From the NCBI RefSeq assembly GCF_009914755.1, contig NC_060928.1: a stretch of DNA of 64,000 nt. The stretch is one strand, 5' to 3'. The stretch's first letter is position 1, and every line of letters starts with the position of its first letter. Positions 49,731-62,829 of this stretch are shown one piece after another. The stretch is from the human T2T-CHM13v2.0 reference genome, Homo sapiens. The translations under genes were made by a program, and so were the position numbers. The notes beneath the pieces were generated by a model that worked only from the letters and a program-made list of their open reading frames with translations, was not told the origin of the DNA and did no database searches.

Positions 49731-52526
49731 TTCTCAAAGCCCACAGAATGAGAAGCAAGATAAATACCTAAAAACACACCAACATGTATCATAGTCATAC
49801 AATAGAAATGTAAAAGTATGTTTAATTATGAGAAAGGAAAAATACAAATAAATATTCCTCATGAGCAAAAATCCTCAACAAAATATTAGAAATCAAATAA
49901 AATAATATATAAACAAATAATATAACCAAGCAGAGTTCACTCCAAGAACACAGTGTTGGTTCAACGTTCAAAAATCAATATAATCCAACTTATTAGTAAA
50001 TTAAATAAGAAAACCTACATGATACGACAGACGCATAAAAAGCATTTGACAAAACTTATAGTTCGTTACAAATTTTTTAAAAATTCACAGTAAGACAGAA
50101 GTAGAAAGGAACTTTCTCACCCTAATAAAAGGCATCTACAAAACAAACAAACAGAAACCCTACAGCTAACATCATACTCAATTGTAAGAGACTGAGGGCT
50201 TTCCCCCTAAAATGTGAGCAAGGCAAGAATGTCCTCTCTGACGGCTTGTATTCAACATTGTGCTGGAAGCTCTATCCAGTGCAATACAAACAAACAAACA
50301 AAATAATAAAAGGCATATGAATTGTAAAAAAAGAAATAAAACTTCCTATTTGCAGACAGCATGATTGTGTACATTGAAAATCACAATCTATAAAAATGCT
50401 TCTAGAAATAATAAGTAAATTTTATAAGAACACAGCTACAAGTTAATATACAAAAGTTAGTTGCATTTCTATATATTACTAATGATAAATTAAAATTTGA
50501 AATTTAAAAACATCATTTAAAATAGTACCTAAACAATAAAGTACTTAAAAATAAATTAAAGAAAATATGTACAGTTTATGTTGAAACACACAAAATATAA
50601 TGGAAGAAAACAAAGGAAAATTAAATAACTAAAGAAATAAAATATATTTATGGATTTTAAGTCTTGGTGTTATTAAATCTATACATTAAGTGCATTTTCA
50701 ATCAAAATCTTAACAAGCTTTTTGTAGATATTGACAAGGCGGTTCTAAAATTTATCTGAAAAGGGAAAGGAACTAAAAGCCAAAACAATTCTGGAAAAGA
50801 AGAACAAAGTTGGAGGACATACACTTGCCTATTATTAGTTTTACTATAAAGCTTTTGCTTTTATCAATAAATTAAGAGGCATAGAAAAAGGCAAAAATAA
50901 AACACAGTTTGATTACACAGTAATCAAGACAGTTGTATTGGTGAAGGGATAAATAAACAGATCATGGAACAGAATAGAGAACCCAGAAATAGACCCACAC
51001 AAATACTATCAACTGATTTTTTGGCAGAGGTAATTCAGTGGAGAAAGGACAGTTACGATAACAAATGGTGCTGAAACAATTGGAAATCTACATAAAAAAA
51101 AACCTCAACATAACTTATATAGAACATAACTCAAAATGCATAATATACCTAGCTGTAAAACATATAACTTTAAAACTTCCAGAAGATAACATGAGAGTGA
51201 ATCTGCATGCCCTTTGGTTTGGTAATAAAGTTCTACATATAACACTAAAAGCAAAACTTATTTAGTACAATAATTTTATTTATAAAACTTCAAAATTTTA
51301 TTCTTTAAGAGACACTGTTAAATGAATGAAAAGCGAGGCAACGGATTAGGAGAAAATATTTGCAAATCACATATCTGATAAGTGATTTGTATACAGAATA
51401 TCTCAAGAGCCCGTAAAATCCAATAAGAAGACACAAGTGAATTAAAACACGGAAAAAAGATTTGAATGGACACTTCACCAAAGAAGATATATGGGTGACA
51501 AAAAGCACATGAAAATATTTTCAACATCATTACTCACTAAAGAAATACAAAATAAAACAATGAGATATCACTATACACTTATCAGAATGGTTAAAATTTT
51601 TAAAAAGTCAATGAAAGTTGTCAGTCTAAAAAGGATACATACTATATGATTCCAACCATATGATATATTGAAAAAGGCAAAACTAAAAAAAGGATTAAAA
51701 AATTAGTGGTTGCCAGGGGTTTGGGAGAATAAATAGGTGGAGCACAGACGACTTTTAGGGCAGTGAAAGTACTCTGTATGATAGTATTATGGTGGATACA
51801 TATCATTATACATTTGCCCAAACCCACAGAATACAAATACAAGAGGGAACCCTAATGTAAACTCTGGCTCTGGGTGATAATAATATGTCAATGTAGGTTT
51901 ATTAATTGTAACAAATGTACCATTCTGGTGAAGGATTTTGATGATGGGGGAGTCTATGCATGTGTTGGGGATAGGGAATACATGGGAAACTTCTGGACTT
52001 TTAATTTTGTTGTGAACTCAAAACTGCTTTAAAAAATTAAGTCTTTTAAACAAATACTTGACAGTACCAAATGATGGAAAGGATATGGAGAAAACAGACC
52101 ATTCATACATTGCTGATAAGAATGTATGGATACTTTGGAAAGCAATTTGATAGTTTCCTGGAAAGTTAAAATAACCAATCAGGAATCCTACTCACAGGTA
52201 TTTATTTACCCAAGTGACTTAAAAACTATTTTCTCACAAAAACTCATATGTAAATTTTTATAGCAAAGCTATTCATAACTGCCACAAACTAGAAACAACC
52301 CAGTTATTCTCCAACAGCTAGATATAAAAACGTACTGTGGTACATCCATACAATGGAATACTATTCAGCAATACAAGGAACTAACTACTGATTCATACAA
52401 CAACATGGATGATTCTTAAATGCATTTTGCAATGCAAAATAAACCACACCCCACAGGCTGCATGTTGGGTTTCAATTTTGATGACATTCTGGCAAAGACA
52501 AAATTATAGGAATGAAAAACAGACTT

Positions 52527-52700
52527 GAGCCAGACGCAGTGGCTCGCTCATTCATGCCTGTAATCTCAGCACTTTGGTGTGCTGAGACAAGACAATCACT
52601 TGAGGCTAGAGGATCACTTGAGGCCAGGAGTTCAAGACCAGCCTGAGCAATATAGTGAGACCCTATTACTATAAAAATAAAAATTAAAAGGAAAAAAAGA
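52527..52700 (+). mobile_element. FLAM / Alu left monomer
   Basis: gccagacgcagtggctc...ggatcacttgaggccaggagttcaagaccagcc...A-rich tail; no right arm. Confidence 0.8.
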
Positions 52701-54663
52701 TTTCTTCTTGGGGAAAGGGGAAGGATTGAGTACAAAGTACAAAGCTGCTGCACAAGGGAGATGTGAGGGGGATGAAACTGGGCTCTGTGGTACTATCGGT
52801 GGATACAGGACTAAATGTTTGTAAACACCTATAGATGTGTATAATACAAAAGTGCAACTTTTACTGTTTGCACACACACATACACTCACACACAATCAGT
52901 TAGGGTGGTGGGGGAACCCAGGACAGAGTTCAGACTGTAACAAAACAATCTGATTGTACTACAAATGTAAGATGTCAGCTCGCTGAAGGGGATGGGGAAG
53001 AAAGGAGCTGATCTAAATAGCTGAAAAACTGTTTTGTCTGGGTACTCTAAAGTTAAAGATAAAGTGTACAAATATTGTATTTTAGTCAGTAAATTTGTTT
53101 CTCACAGAAGTACAATTTAGCAATTCTGAAATTATATTTATTAGCACAGAGTAAATAAGTAAATATATTTGAAGGAATAAAAACTAGGTTCCTCACTGTC
53201 AGAGAAAGAAGTTACAAATAACAACGGGATAAAAACCATGTGATACAGAATTAGAGCTGATGATGACTCTATGAATGTGTGTTTATTTATATGTGTGTTT
53301 ATTTATATGTGTGTGCACACGTACTAGATAGAAACAGAAATGTAGCATGTGTGTGTACGTGAGTTGCATGTGTATACATAGACATATCCATATACATAAT
53401 CCTTAGTGCTGTCTACTGAAAGTGCCTACAAGCAGTGATACTGCAGCAATATTGAGTATACCCAGCATCTATATCTTGGTTTCTAAGTACCAGTATCTAG
53501 GGAAAGAAACAGAATCCTTTGAGAAATGGGTGATTCTAGGCTGGGATACAGAAGATACAAGATAAATCTGAAGTATTTCTACAACTGCAAAGTAACAGGG
53601 AAAATGTATTTTAATGAGAGCATGGCCACCTGAAAGAATTCCCAACGGCCAAAACTGAAACAACTTGAACAACTAAATAAATGATAGTATTAAATTACAA
53701 CCCTCTAAATAAAATACATCTCCATGGGTCCATACTGATAGAAATATATGATTGAATAAATATATGGGAGAGAAGACTCAAATCATCTTTGCAGATGAAT
53801 TACAATGAAGAAATATAGAAGGAATGAGGGAAACAGAAAATCAACATTAGAACACCCCACAAATAATTGCTATAGGCAGATTCCTAATGAATGCCAAAAT
53901 TAGTGGACAAAGCTTTATAGATATGCAACATATTTGCTAAGCCTCAAGGTGCATTTTTCAAAATATGTATTAATTACTTGCTGTGGTTTTAACATACGTC
54001 CAAAAATTCTTTGATATTCTTCCTTTTAGGAGATGGAGCTTCATTCCCCTCCCCTTGAGGGTGCACTGAATTTAGTAAATCACTTTTGATGAATAGAGAC
54101 TTTTGATGAATAGAGTATGAAAGGTTAAAAAAAGTTATTTTTATAACAATTTTACCAGGTTGGCAGACACCAGCCTAACAAGGTAATAAAGTTAACATCA
54201 CCAGCAGTAAGTCATTTGATGTCATGTAATCCTGATATGAGGCAATGTGAGGACACTTAATCTCTGTGGTAGTCTTTAACAAAACCCATAATAATCCCAG
54301 TCTGATCATCAGAAGACATAAGACAGATCCAAATTGAGGGACATTCTATTTTGAAAGTGTCAGGATCATGAAATATAAGGAAAGACTGAGAAACCATCAT
54401 AGAATGGGGGAAAATACAGAGACACAATGACTAAATGCAATGTCGGGTACTGGATTTAATCCTGGAAAATAAATTAGAACATTAGTAGAAACTGGGGAAA
54501 TCCAAATAATGTCTGTTTAGTTAATAGTGTTATACCAATGTTACTTTCTTAGTTTTTATGATATACCATGACTACATAAAATAGTCACATTAAAATAGCT
54601 GACTGAATGGTATATGGGAACTCTCTATACCACTTTTGTAACTGTTCTATAAATCTAGAATTA

Positions 54664-54987
<324 letters not shown>

Positions 54988-57977
54988 TCAATTATTCTAT
55001 TCCCACTCACCAAATTGGTGAATTTTTGGAAATAGAAATCAGTAATCCCAAGGCTAGTCTAGTCAAGCCGTAAAGCCGCCATGTTGCAGTTGTACATTTT
55101 GCAGCTGGGCTCAGGCAACATCCTGAGTCTTGTTGACCAGTTTTCTCCACTCCCCACCTCCACATCATCACTTCAATTGACAGTCAAAAGAAGGGCAAGA
55201 CTCCTGCCATTGCTCATGCTTTCCATGTAAACAATTTTCCCCTCATCCTGTTTTCCTTAAAACTTTGACCTAATTTCTTTCACATGCTGAGCTAATTCTC
55301 ATGACGGTTTAAAGGTTGCTAAAAATATCATAAAGGTCTGCTAAAGTTCACAAACGAAGATGCCATTCATTCAAGCCCTGTGTTCTTGAGTCATCATTTC
55401 TTTAAATGCATGACATAAGTACGTTTTTTTCTGTTCTATTGATAATTTTACATTAAGACATCATTAGAAAGCAGCATCTGGGCTGCTTTTCAAACCACAC
55501 TAGCTGAACTCATTTTTTCCCCTTTACTAAAAAGGTGCTTAGTTCACATTTATGGATTTTCAATTAGCAGTAATAATAAAGAACAGTGTGTGGTGTTCAA
55601 AAGACTTAACTGGCTGCTTTCAAAGTAAATCTTTAAGTCCAATGATTAAGTTGTTTCTGATACTTAACAAAGGCATATATTTATGCTTCCAGAAATTTAG
55701 TGCATTTTGGGGTTCATTTTCCAATAATTTTGATTCTTGGACATTTCTCATATGGGAGCATTTGTTCTTAGAGAGGCTTCACCCAGCAGGCCCAGAGAAA
55801 CAGGAGGTTGGGAAGACAACATAGATTTACTAAGTAGGAGGTGTACCTTGGTTTCTTTCTCCTTGTTTTCTTTCAGGTGTCATTTTGTTCATTTTACTTC
55901 TACCAACAGAGAAGTGCCAAGACTGATGCATTGGGCAGAAGAATTCAGGAACTGGGAAAATATCTAGAAATCTTTATTTGCTAACAGAAATCATCAACAC
56001 AAAAATGATTTCCACAGACAGCTTAGAACAACTAATTTGAGGACTAAATATGTCAGCATTTGCAAAGTGCAAAACAGGCACGGGGATTGCTCAAGGCCTC
56101 CAATCTCTCTTCGTAATAGTCTTTCCTCCCCTGTGTCTAGCATTCTTGATTTCAGAGACATAGCAGTGCTTTTCCACTGTTTCAGGCAAAATCGGCTATC
56201 ATTCACTCACAATTCAGTATGAATTAAGTCAATGTCATCACCTCTAGGAATTACCTTTATTTTGAACTTTAGTCCTAATTTAGGAAAAGTGATTTGTTTC
56301 CAAGATTAAAAAAAGTTTAGCTATTGATTCTAAGAAAAATGGACAGAAACTAGACAAGAAGAGAACCTTCCTGCAGTCACAGATCTATCTGCCTGACTTA
56401 AGGTCGGCACACATGAAAACACTCAAAGGTGTTTTCTGTGACTTTCACTTACTGTAGTTTCAGGTTAAATCATCAGAGCAAGTATTATTTTTCCTTCTCC
56501 TCATTATTCACCTTGTTGTTACTTTAATCTTTGTTCAGTTTGACAAATGAGAATGTAGCCAGAGGGTTAAAGAGGAATGAGCTGAATTCCATCCATATTC
56601 AGGGCCTGTGCCGACGTCCTCCCTGGGTTTAATGCTCCATATGGTTTGGCACAGTGACATTACTTCTCCTGCTAAAATACCCCTTAGCCTGTGTGGCATC
56701 CATCAGTTTGCTTGTTGACTTAGTTTCATTTTCTGTTTTCATGGCCTGCTCAACTGCCTGCAAAAGCATTAAATTATTCTTCTGATCTTTCCATCTCCCT
56801 GGGTTCACAAACTGCAATTTATGGAAGTCTTTAAAACTTAAAGGGCTTTCTGATAAAGGTAGATGCCAATGAAATGATAAAGGTCAAAGAAAAACAGTAC
56901 ACTTTAAGGAGGCAACACCTTTCACAGAAATGCCATATTTTCATCATATTTCATATCCTAAGGAAATATTACAACCCATAGAGAAGTCAATATAGAAATT
57001 TTGAAATGGAAGGGGCTTCAGAGATTGTCCAGTCCAATCTCATTTTACAGCTGTGGGCACTGAGGCTTAGTGAGGGTCACTCACAGAGTTTTTCAGCGGT
57101 AGAATTGGAAGTTGTATGGGGCACTCCCAAGTCAATTCACTGCTATATTCACCACATTGTGCTGACTCTTAATTGCATATTCTTAATGATAAAATAATAT
57201 GAGGAAAAGGGAAGAGCAACCAAGAGAAAGAAATGGAACATTTTCTATTTTCTTTTTAGAACCAGAGTCTTGCTTTAGAGTAATTTGTCTAACAGTAAAA
57301 TGACCATCTACCTGATGGTGAAAACCAAACCATGGCATCTGGTGGAGATGGCATGCTGTTTCCCCCTCTCCCTTACATCTATATCTATATAGTCCATGAG
57401 CCCTAGTATGGCTCTCTTGGTAGCATTTTTATTGCCATCTTTTTCATTTATATTGCCACTCTTGTAGCTCAGAACATTATAAGCGTACACCTGGGCCTTT
57501 GGAGTTGAGTTTTTTAACTGCTAGCCTTTGGTTAGAGTACTTTTCTCCCCCTTTCAGTCCATAATGAAAAGAACCACAAAACTGATCTCCTGAAGTATCA
57601 CCTTCAACATAATATTATCATCAGTGGAATTTCTAATTTCTACTTTTTCTGACTTGTTATTCTGCAATCTTGAGGCTATGGTTCCTTCACCCTTCACTGT
57701 TTGCCTTTTTTTTCTTTTTCTTTTTCAGTCCTATGTTTAGCCAGTCCAAATAATGTTTCTTTAGGGCATAGTAACTGTGGGAGTTTCATGGTATAGAGGA
57801 ATGACTAGGGGCACCAGGGATTTTCACAAACTAAAGACACCTCCATTTTACTTCTGCACAAATTACTTTCTCTTATATTCATATTTCCCCAGTGAAAAAG
57901 GTGAAGCAGCACCACATCACTCACCGCTGTTTTCATTTTAGCCCTACTCTCTGGACACTGTCATGAGAATGAATTAC

Positions 57978-58061
57978 CTGCACTTGCCACGGATTTGCTG
58001 CGGTGCTGACCAGGAATGCTCTTGGGAGTTTGCTCACTTTGGCCTGGATTATGACTTTTTC
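57978..58061 (-). other. Candidate 84-nt spliced exon (minus strand)
   Basis: Acceptor ttctttttatttttttttcaaaAG; donor CAG|GTAATT (alternative GCG|GTGAGT at 57925); two open frames; non-repeat DNA. Confidence 0.3.
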
Positions 58062-58524
58062 CTTTTGAAAAAAAATAAAAAGAACTCAATATATACTAGT
58101 AAAACAGCATGAAGAATTTTTTCACAATTTAGTGAGCATCATTAATATCTTTGTAAAACTATGTTCAAGACTTTATCAAGCTTCAGAGAAAATGAAGCCA
58201 GGAAGCTGGACATAGTTCCAAAGACCAATTTTTGCCACTCACATTGTGAGCTATTTCTCAATATTTAGCCAATATATCTTAGTCTTCCTTCATAAATAAT
58301 GTTTTGTGCTACATTAGTACCACAAAAACAGCATGCCCTACTTTTGTCTTAAATTGAAAATTATCTTCAAAGACCAGGCATTTTGACCCTTTGATGGAGT
58401 TTTCCCTCCTGTCTGAAATTAGTAGAAAGTACAATCAAACAAAACAATGAGTACAAAACATAGTTTTTAAATATATAAAAATCCATGTAAATATATAAAA
58501 TGTTTTTATATTTATTACCAGCTG

Positions 58525-58823
58525 TTTTTTGTGGGAGATAGGGGACAGGGTCTCGCTCCGTCCTCCAGGCTAGAGTGCAGTGGTGTAATCACGGCTCACT
58601 ATGCAGCCTTGACCTCCCGGGCTCAAGTGATCCTCCCACCTCAGCCTTCCCAGTTGCTGGGACTGCAGACATGTGCCACCACATCCAGCTGATTTTTAAA
58701 TGTTCTGTAGAGATGGTTTCATTATGTTGCCCAGGCTAGTCTCAAACTTCTGGGCTCAAGCCATCCTCCTTTGTCAGCCTCCCAAAGTGCTAGGATAAAA
58801 GGAGTGAGCCACTGCGCTCAGCC
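58525..58823 (-). mobile_element. AluJ
   Basis: gacagggtctcgct...gcagccttgacctcccgggctcaagtgatcctcc J-type motifs. Confidence 0.88.
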
Positions 58824-60129
58824 AGCAGCTCTTTGATTCAGCATTTTTGAATGAGTTTGATATGCCACTTAGACCTTATGTAAGACACCACAAATTCGAA
58901 GAGGAGTAAGGCATAGTCCCTATCATCAAGGGTTTTATAATCCAGGAGAGACTGTCAGGTGAAGAATCCATTGTAATTAGATGAGACAAGTACAATGTGA
59001 CTATATAATAAATTGTCATATAATATGTCATACAAGTATTGTCACAACAAATATGGGCTCCTAACCTACATATTTTTTGAGGCTTTAAAAATCTACAACA
59101 TTTTACTCTAGAAAAGTTATGGAAAATAAACATTCTCCCACCTGTCAACTCAATCTGTTGATAGTAGCTCTCTGAAGAACTGGATGGAGAAGCATTTAAA
59201 GCTATTTTCAAGCTCAGCAAAAAAAAAAAAAAAAAAGTTGTTTGATTAATTACTGATGCCAGCCATTGGCCTACAAGTAGGAAGAAAGGGGCTTGCCACC
59301 TCTCATCTATAACATGCAACTACTACATCACACTTTCTCTACCCTATCACATGGTTACTTTCAACAAAATTTTCATCATTTACACTTCATTAAGCAACTC
59401 TTTTCTGGGGATTATGAAGTTAAGAATAGAAGTTTCCCTCATGGCTTTTTTTTTTTTTTTACTTTCTGAGAGATGAAATCGTCGGCAAGTCAAGTCAAGA
59501 ATTTACTCAATTAACTTCTTTAGCTTAATGAGACTTTGAGCTGATATTTGCATCCAATCACGACTGTATTTGTCTTTTTGCCAGCATTGTGACTTGCATT
59601 AGAATTTCTTGCCCAGCAAATAAAATTAAAAATTTAATCTTAAAATAGGAATTTCAGAGCCCAAAAGCAATCAAAGAAATCACAAAAGGAAAATCCAAAA
59701 GACTTAACTACATAAATATTCAAAATGCATTTAAAAATGTCAAAATCACACACACAAAAAAAGAACAAACAACTTACAGGGCAAGGAAAAATATTTTCTA
59801 AAAATGTAACAGGTAAAGAATTGATATATTTAGCTGTGTATATAGAAAATAATCTACTAGGTTGAAGTACAAATTAGACATGCGTTAAGCCTACAGAACT
59901 AAACTAAAAGTTATGCCCTCACCACCATACAAATAAAAGTTCATTTAGTTTAAAGAGCCAGACCTATCTACAAGTGACTCTAGGAAAAACAGTGGAGAAT
60001 CCCATCAGGCCTCAGTAATATCACCAGTTTCTGGGGCCCTGTTGTGCAGTAACACTATTGGCAACAGATCCTACACACTCTAATGTGTCCTTGTCCACTG
60101 CTTATCATCCCTGCACAACCTGTAATAAT

Positions 60130-60450
60130 TTATTACTTATAAACACTTCCATAGCAACTACTATGTACCAGGCAATCTTCTAAGCACTTTACAAATATTA
60201 ACTTATTCCTCATAACAACTCTGTGTGGTAGGTTATCATTACTAGTTCCATTTTACAGTTGAGAAAATTGAGGAACAGAGAGGTTAAGTAGTTTATCCAA
60301 AGTCACACAGCGATTAGGTTAGTGTGAATGTGATTGTAGATTTTACAATTAAAAGTAATGGCAAAACAGCAATTGCTTTTGCACCAACCTAATAGTAAGT
60401 GGGGTATCTGGAGTTGAATTCAGGCAGCCTGATTCCAGAGTCTGTGCTCT
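60130..60450 (-). mobile_element. MIR, interrupted by MADE1
   Basis: ccattttacagttgagaaaattgaggaacagagaggttaagta...tccaaagtcacacag; resumes gtaagtggg...caggcagcctgattccagag. Confidence 0.8.
60314..60392. mobile_element. MADE1 (Hsmar1-derived MITE)
   Basis: 79-nt palindromic ttaggtt...aaaagtaatggcaaaacagcaattgcttttgcaccaacctaa followed by TA. Confidence 0.85.
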
Positions 60451-60739
60451 CAAACATTTTCTGGGAAGGACTAACTCACTCTCCTGAATCATCCTCTGTT
60501 AAAGAAGTACCACGCTTGGCCTCCCAAGGACACTTCTTGCTCTTCTATATGTTGTGTCTTGGTTTTATTTACCAACTACACTAAGCAGGAATTAAGAGCC
60601 AAAGCAGGACTACACAAATGATAAAAGGATGCTTAGGACTCTGTGGGACCAAGAGCTCATTCTCTGGAAAAAATAACAATAAAAAAGAAGAAAGTTCTGG
60701 TAATTTTGAAGAAAGGGGAAAAATGATAACCAAAATATT

Positions 60740-61117
60740 CATTAGGAACTAAGCTGTGTCCTCCCAAAATTCATATGTTGAAGCTCTAACTCCCAGCGCA
60801 GCTGTAATTTGGAGATAGGACCCTTCAAGAGATAATTAAGATTAATTGAGGTTATAATGATGGGCTCTAATCCAATGGGATGGGTGTCCCTATCAGAGAA
60901 AGAGACACTAGAGATGCACGTGCACAGAGAAAAGGCCATGTGAGGATCCAACAAGAGCCCATATACGACCCAAGGAGAGAGGCCTCAGGAGAAACCAAAG
61001 CTGCCAACACCTTGATCTTGAACTTCTACCCTCTGAAACTGTGAGCAAATTCATTTCTGCTGTTTAAGCCACCCAGTGTGTGGTATTTTGTTATGGCAGC
61101 TCTAGCAGACTAATACA
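60740..61117 (+). mobile_element. MLT1B/MLT1A-type MaLR solo LTR
   Basis: tgtgtcctcccaaaattcatatgttgaagc...tggtattttgttatggcagctctagcagactaataca. Confidence 0.85.
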
Positions 61118-61119
61118 AT

Positions 61120-62800
61120 ATTAATGAGAAAATATGATTAACTTTCAATACGGAGCATATCAAGAAAATAATAATATAGATAACCCCATGCTAATAAATT
61201 TTAAAATTTTAATAAAAGCACAACTTTCTGGGAGTATGAAAAGTCATGTAAATCATCTCAATGCTAACGTAGCATCTATTCCTGGAAATCAGGAAAGCAT
61301 CTATTTCTGATACAATTTCTTGGTAAAGAATAAATTAAAATATATTTCCTTCATATGAAAAACAAATCTATCTGGAATCAACAGCCAGTATCGTACTCAG
61401 AGTAACTACAGCCTGTACGACAGGTCACGAGCTTGCTGTGGCCCAAGGGCTAGATATCACCTACAGATAGATTTGTTTTGGCTGGTTTGTTGTTTCATTT
61501 TTAATTTGCTCTAGTTGCCAGCATTTAAAAATCATGATATTTTATATAAACTTCCAGGGCTTTGTTTTCTCTTCCACATTAGGCCCACATGACAACTAAC
61601 TGTAGCTGAGTAGGGGTATGCCAACGCAGACTGGCTCTGTACATTCTGGCCTGCCAGTTACCAGCACTCTACCTAATTCCCTCTGTGCAGACGCCAGGTG
61701 GCAGTGACTAGGTTTTATGACATTTGTATTGTTGTTTTCTTAACTTGGCCTGTGTCACTTTTTTGCCCCTTGCCAAGTTTTTCTCAGCATTTGTGTTCAT
61801 ATCACTTCTTTAAAGGCAGTCCCATTACAGCCAGGAATTACAGTGCCCAGTGTTATCATTATTATTCAACATTATTCTGAAAGTTTTAACCAAGACATGA
61901 AAACAAAATCAAAGGCATAAATCTTGAAAGGGGAAGACACATTTGTAATCATTTGGAAGTTATATAATCATATATCTGTTTAACCCGATTCAAATACCAT
62001 TAGAAATAATAATTTCAGCAAAATGGTATATTATAAAATAAATAATACATGTATCAATAGCTTTCCTATTTAATACTAATAGTCAGAGACTAGCATGAGT
62101 TTTTAAGAATCTCATTTATAATGATAAAACACTTGTTATACAATAATTAACCCAATGAAAATGTTTTTTACCTACATGAATAAAACTATGAAACTTTAAG
62201 TCCAGGAATTATCCTAGCATATGTAAGAATTTAGCACATGACAATAATGGCATTTTGAACCAAGGGAAGAAAGGTTGGATTATTCCATAAATCATGCTAG
62301 GATAATGAGTTAAATCTAACCGCAAAAAAACAGAGTTAAATTTCTAGCTACAATTCATGCACATAAATGTATTAAAAGAGTACTCTGTGGAAATCAAAAG
62401 CCATACTGATTGAAGAAGAAAATAAAAGTAAATGTTATATTTGTTTTCATAGAATAACCTTCCAGCAATGTGAAAATATGGAAATAATAAAAAGTTTGAT
62501 AGGTTCGGACACTAAAAATTTAAATATTCTATACATTAAAAAATTAAGTAAATTACAAGATGAAGGACAAGCTAAAAACAAAATTTAAATGATATGATAG
62601 TTGAAAGGTATATAATTTATTACATCAAGAGTATCTATAAAATAATAATTAAAGGGAAATACATCAAAAATAAAAGCATGAATAAGAATTTATAATAAAA
62701 GGAAGAGAAATGGCAAATAGTATATTTTTATACATGCAACTTCACTGGAATACAACAAAAAGCAGTTATATCAAAATTTATGTTAAATCAATATTAAGTA
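61120..62800 (+). mobile_element. Highly degenerate L1ME ORF2 fragments
   Basis: A-rich strand with relic motifs (cattattattcaacattattctgaaagt, tcaatagctttcctat). Confidence 0.5.
61420..61760. mobile_element. MER102-like hAT-Charlie
   Basis: gtggcccaagggc...tttgttttggc...agttgccagcatttaaaaatc...cccacatgacaac...gctgagtag. Confidence 0.55.
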
Positions 62801-62829
62801 TTTATTTTATTATGACTATAAAGTATCCT

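Larger units (their letters stand above)
48160..54660 (+). mobile_element. Old L1MD/L1MC-type element(s): 5'UTR to long 3'UTR, with nested insertions
   Basis: 5'UTR-like 48.2-49.2 kb, ORF1 and ORF2 relics (tttgcagacagcatgattgtgtac), 3'UTR ending gtaactgttctataaatctagaattatt; nested L1MC1-type tail at ~51610-52030. Confidence 0.7.
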
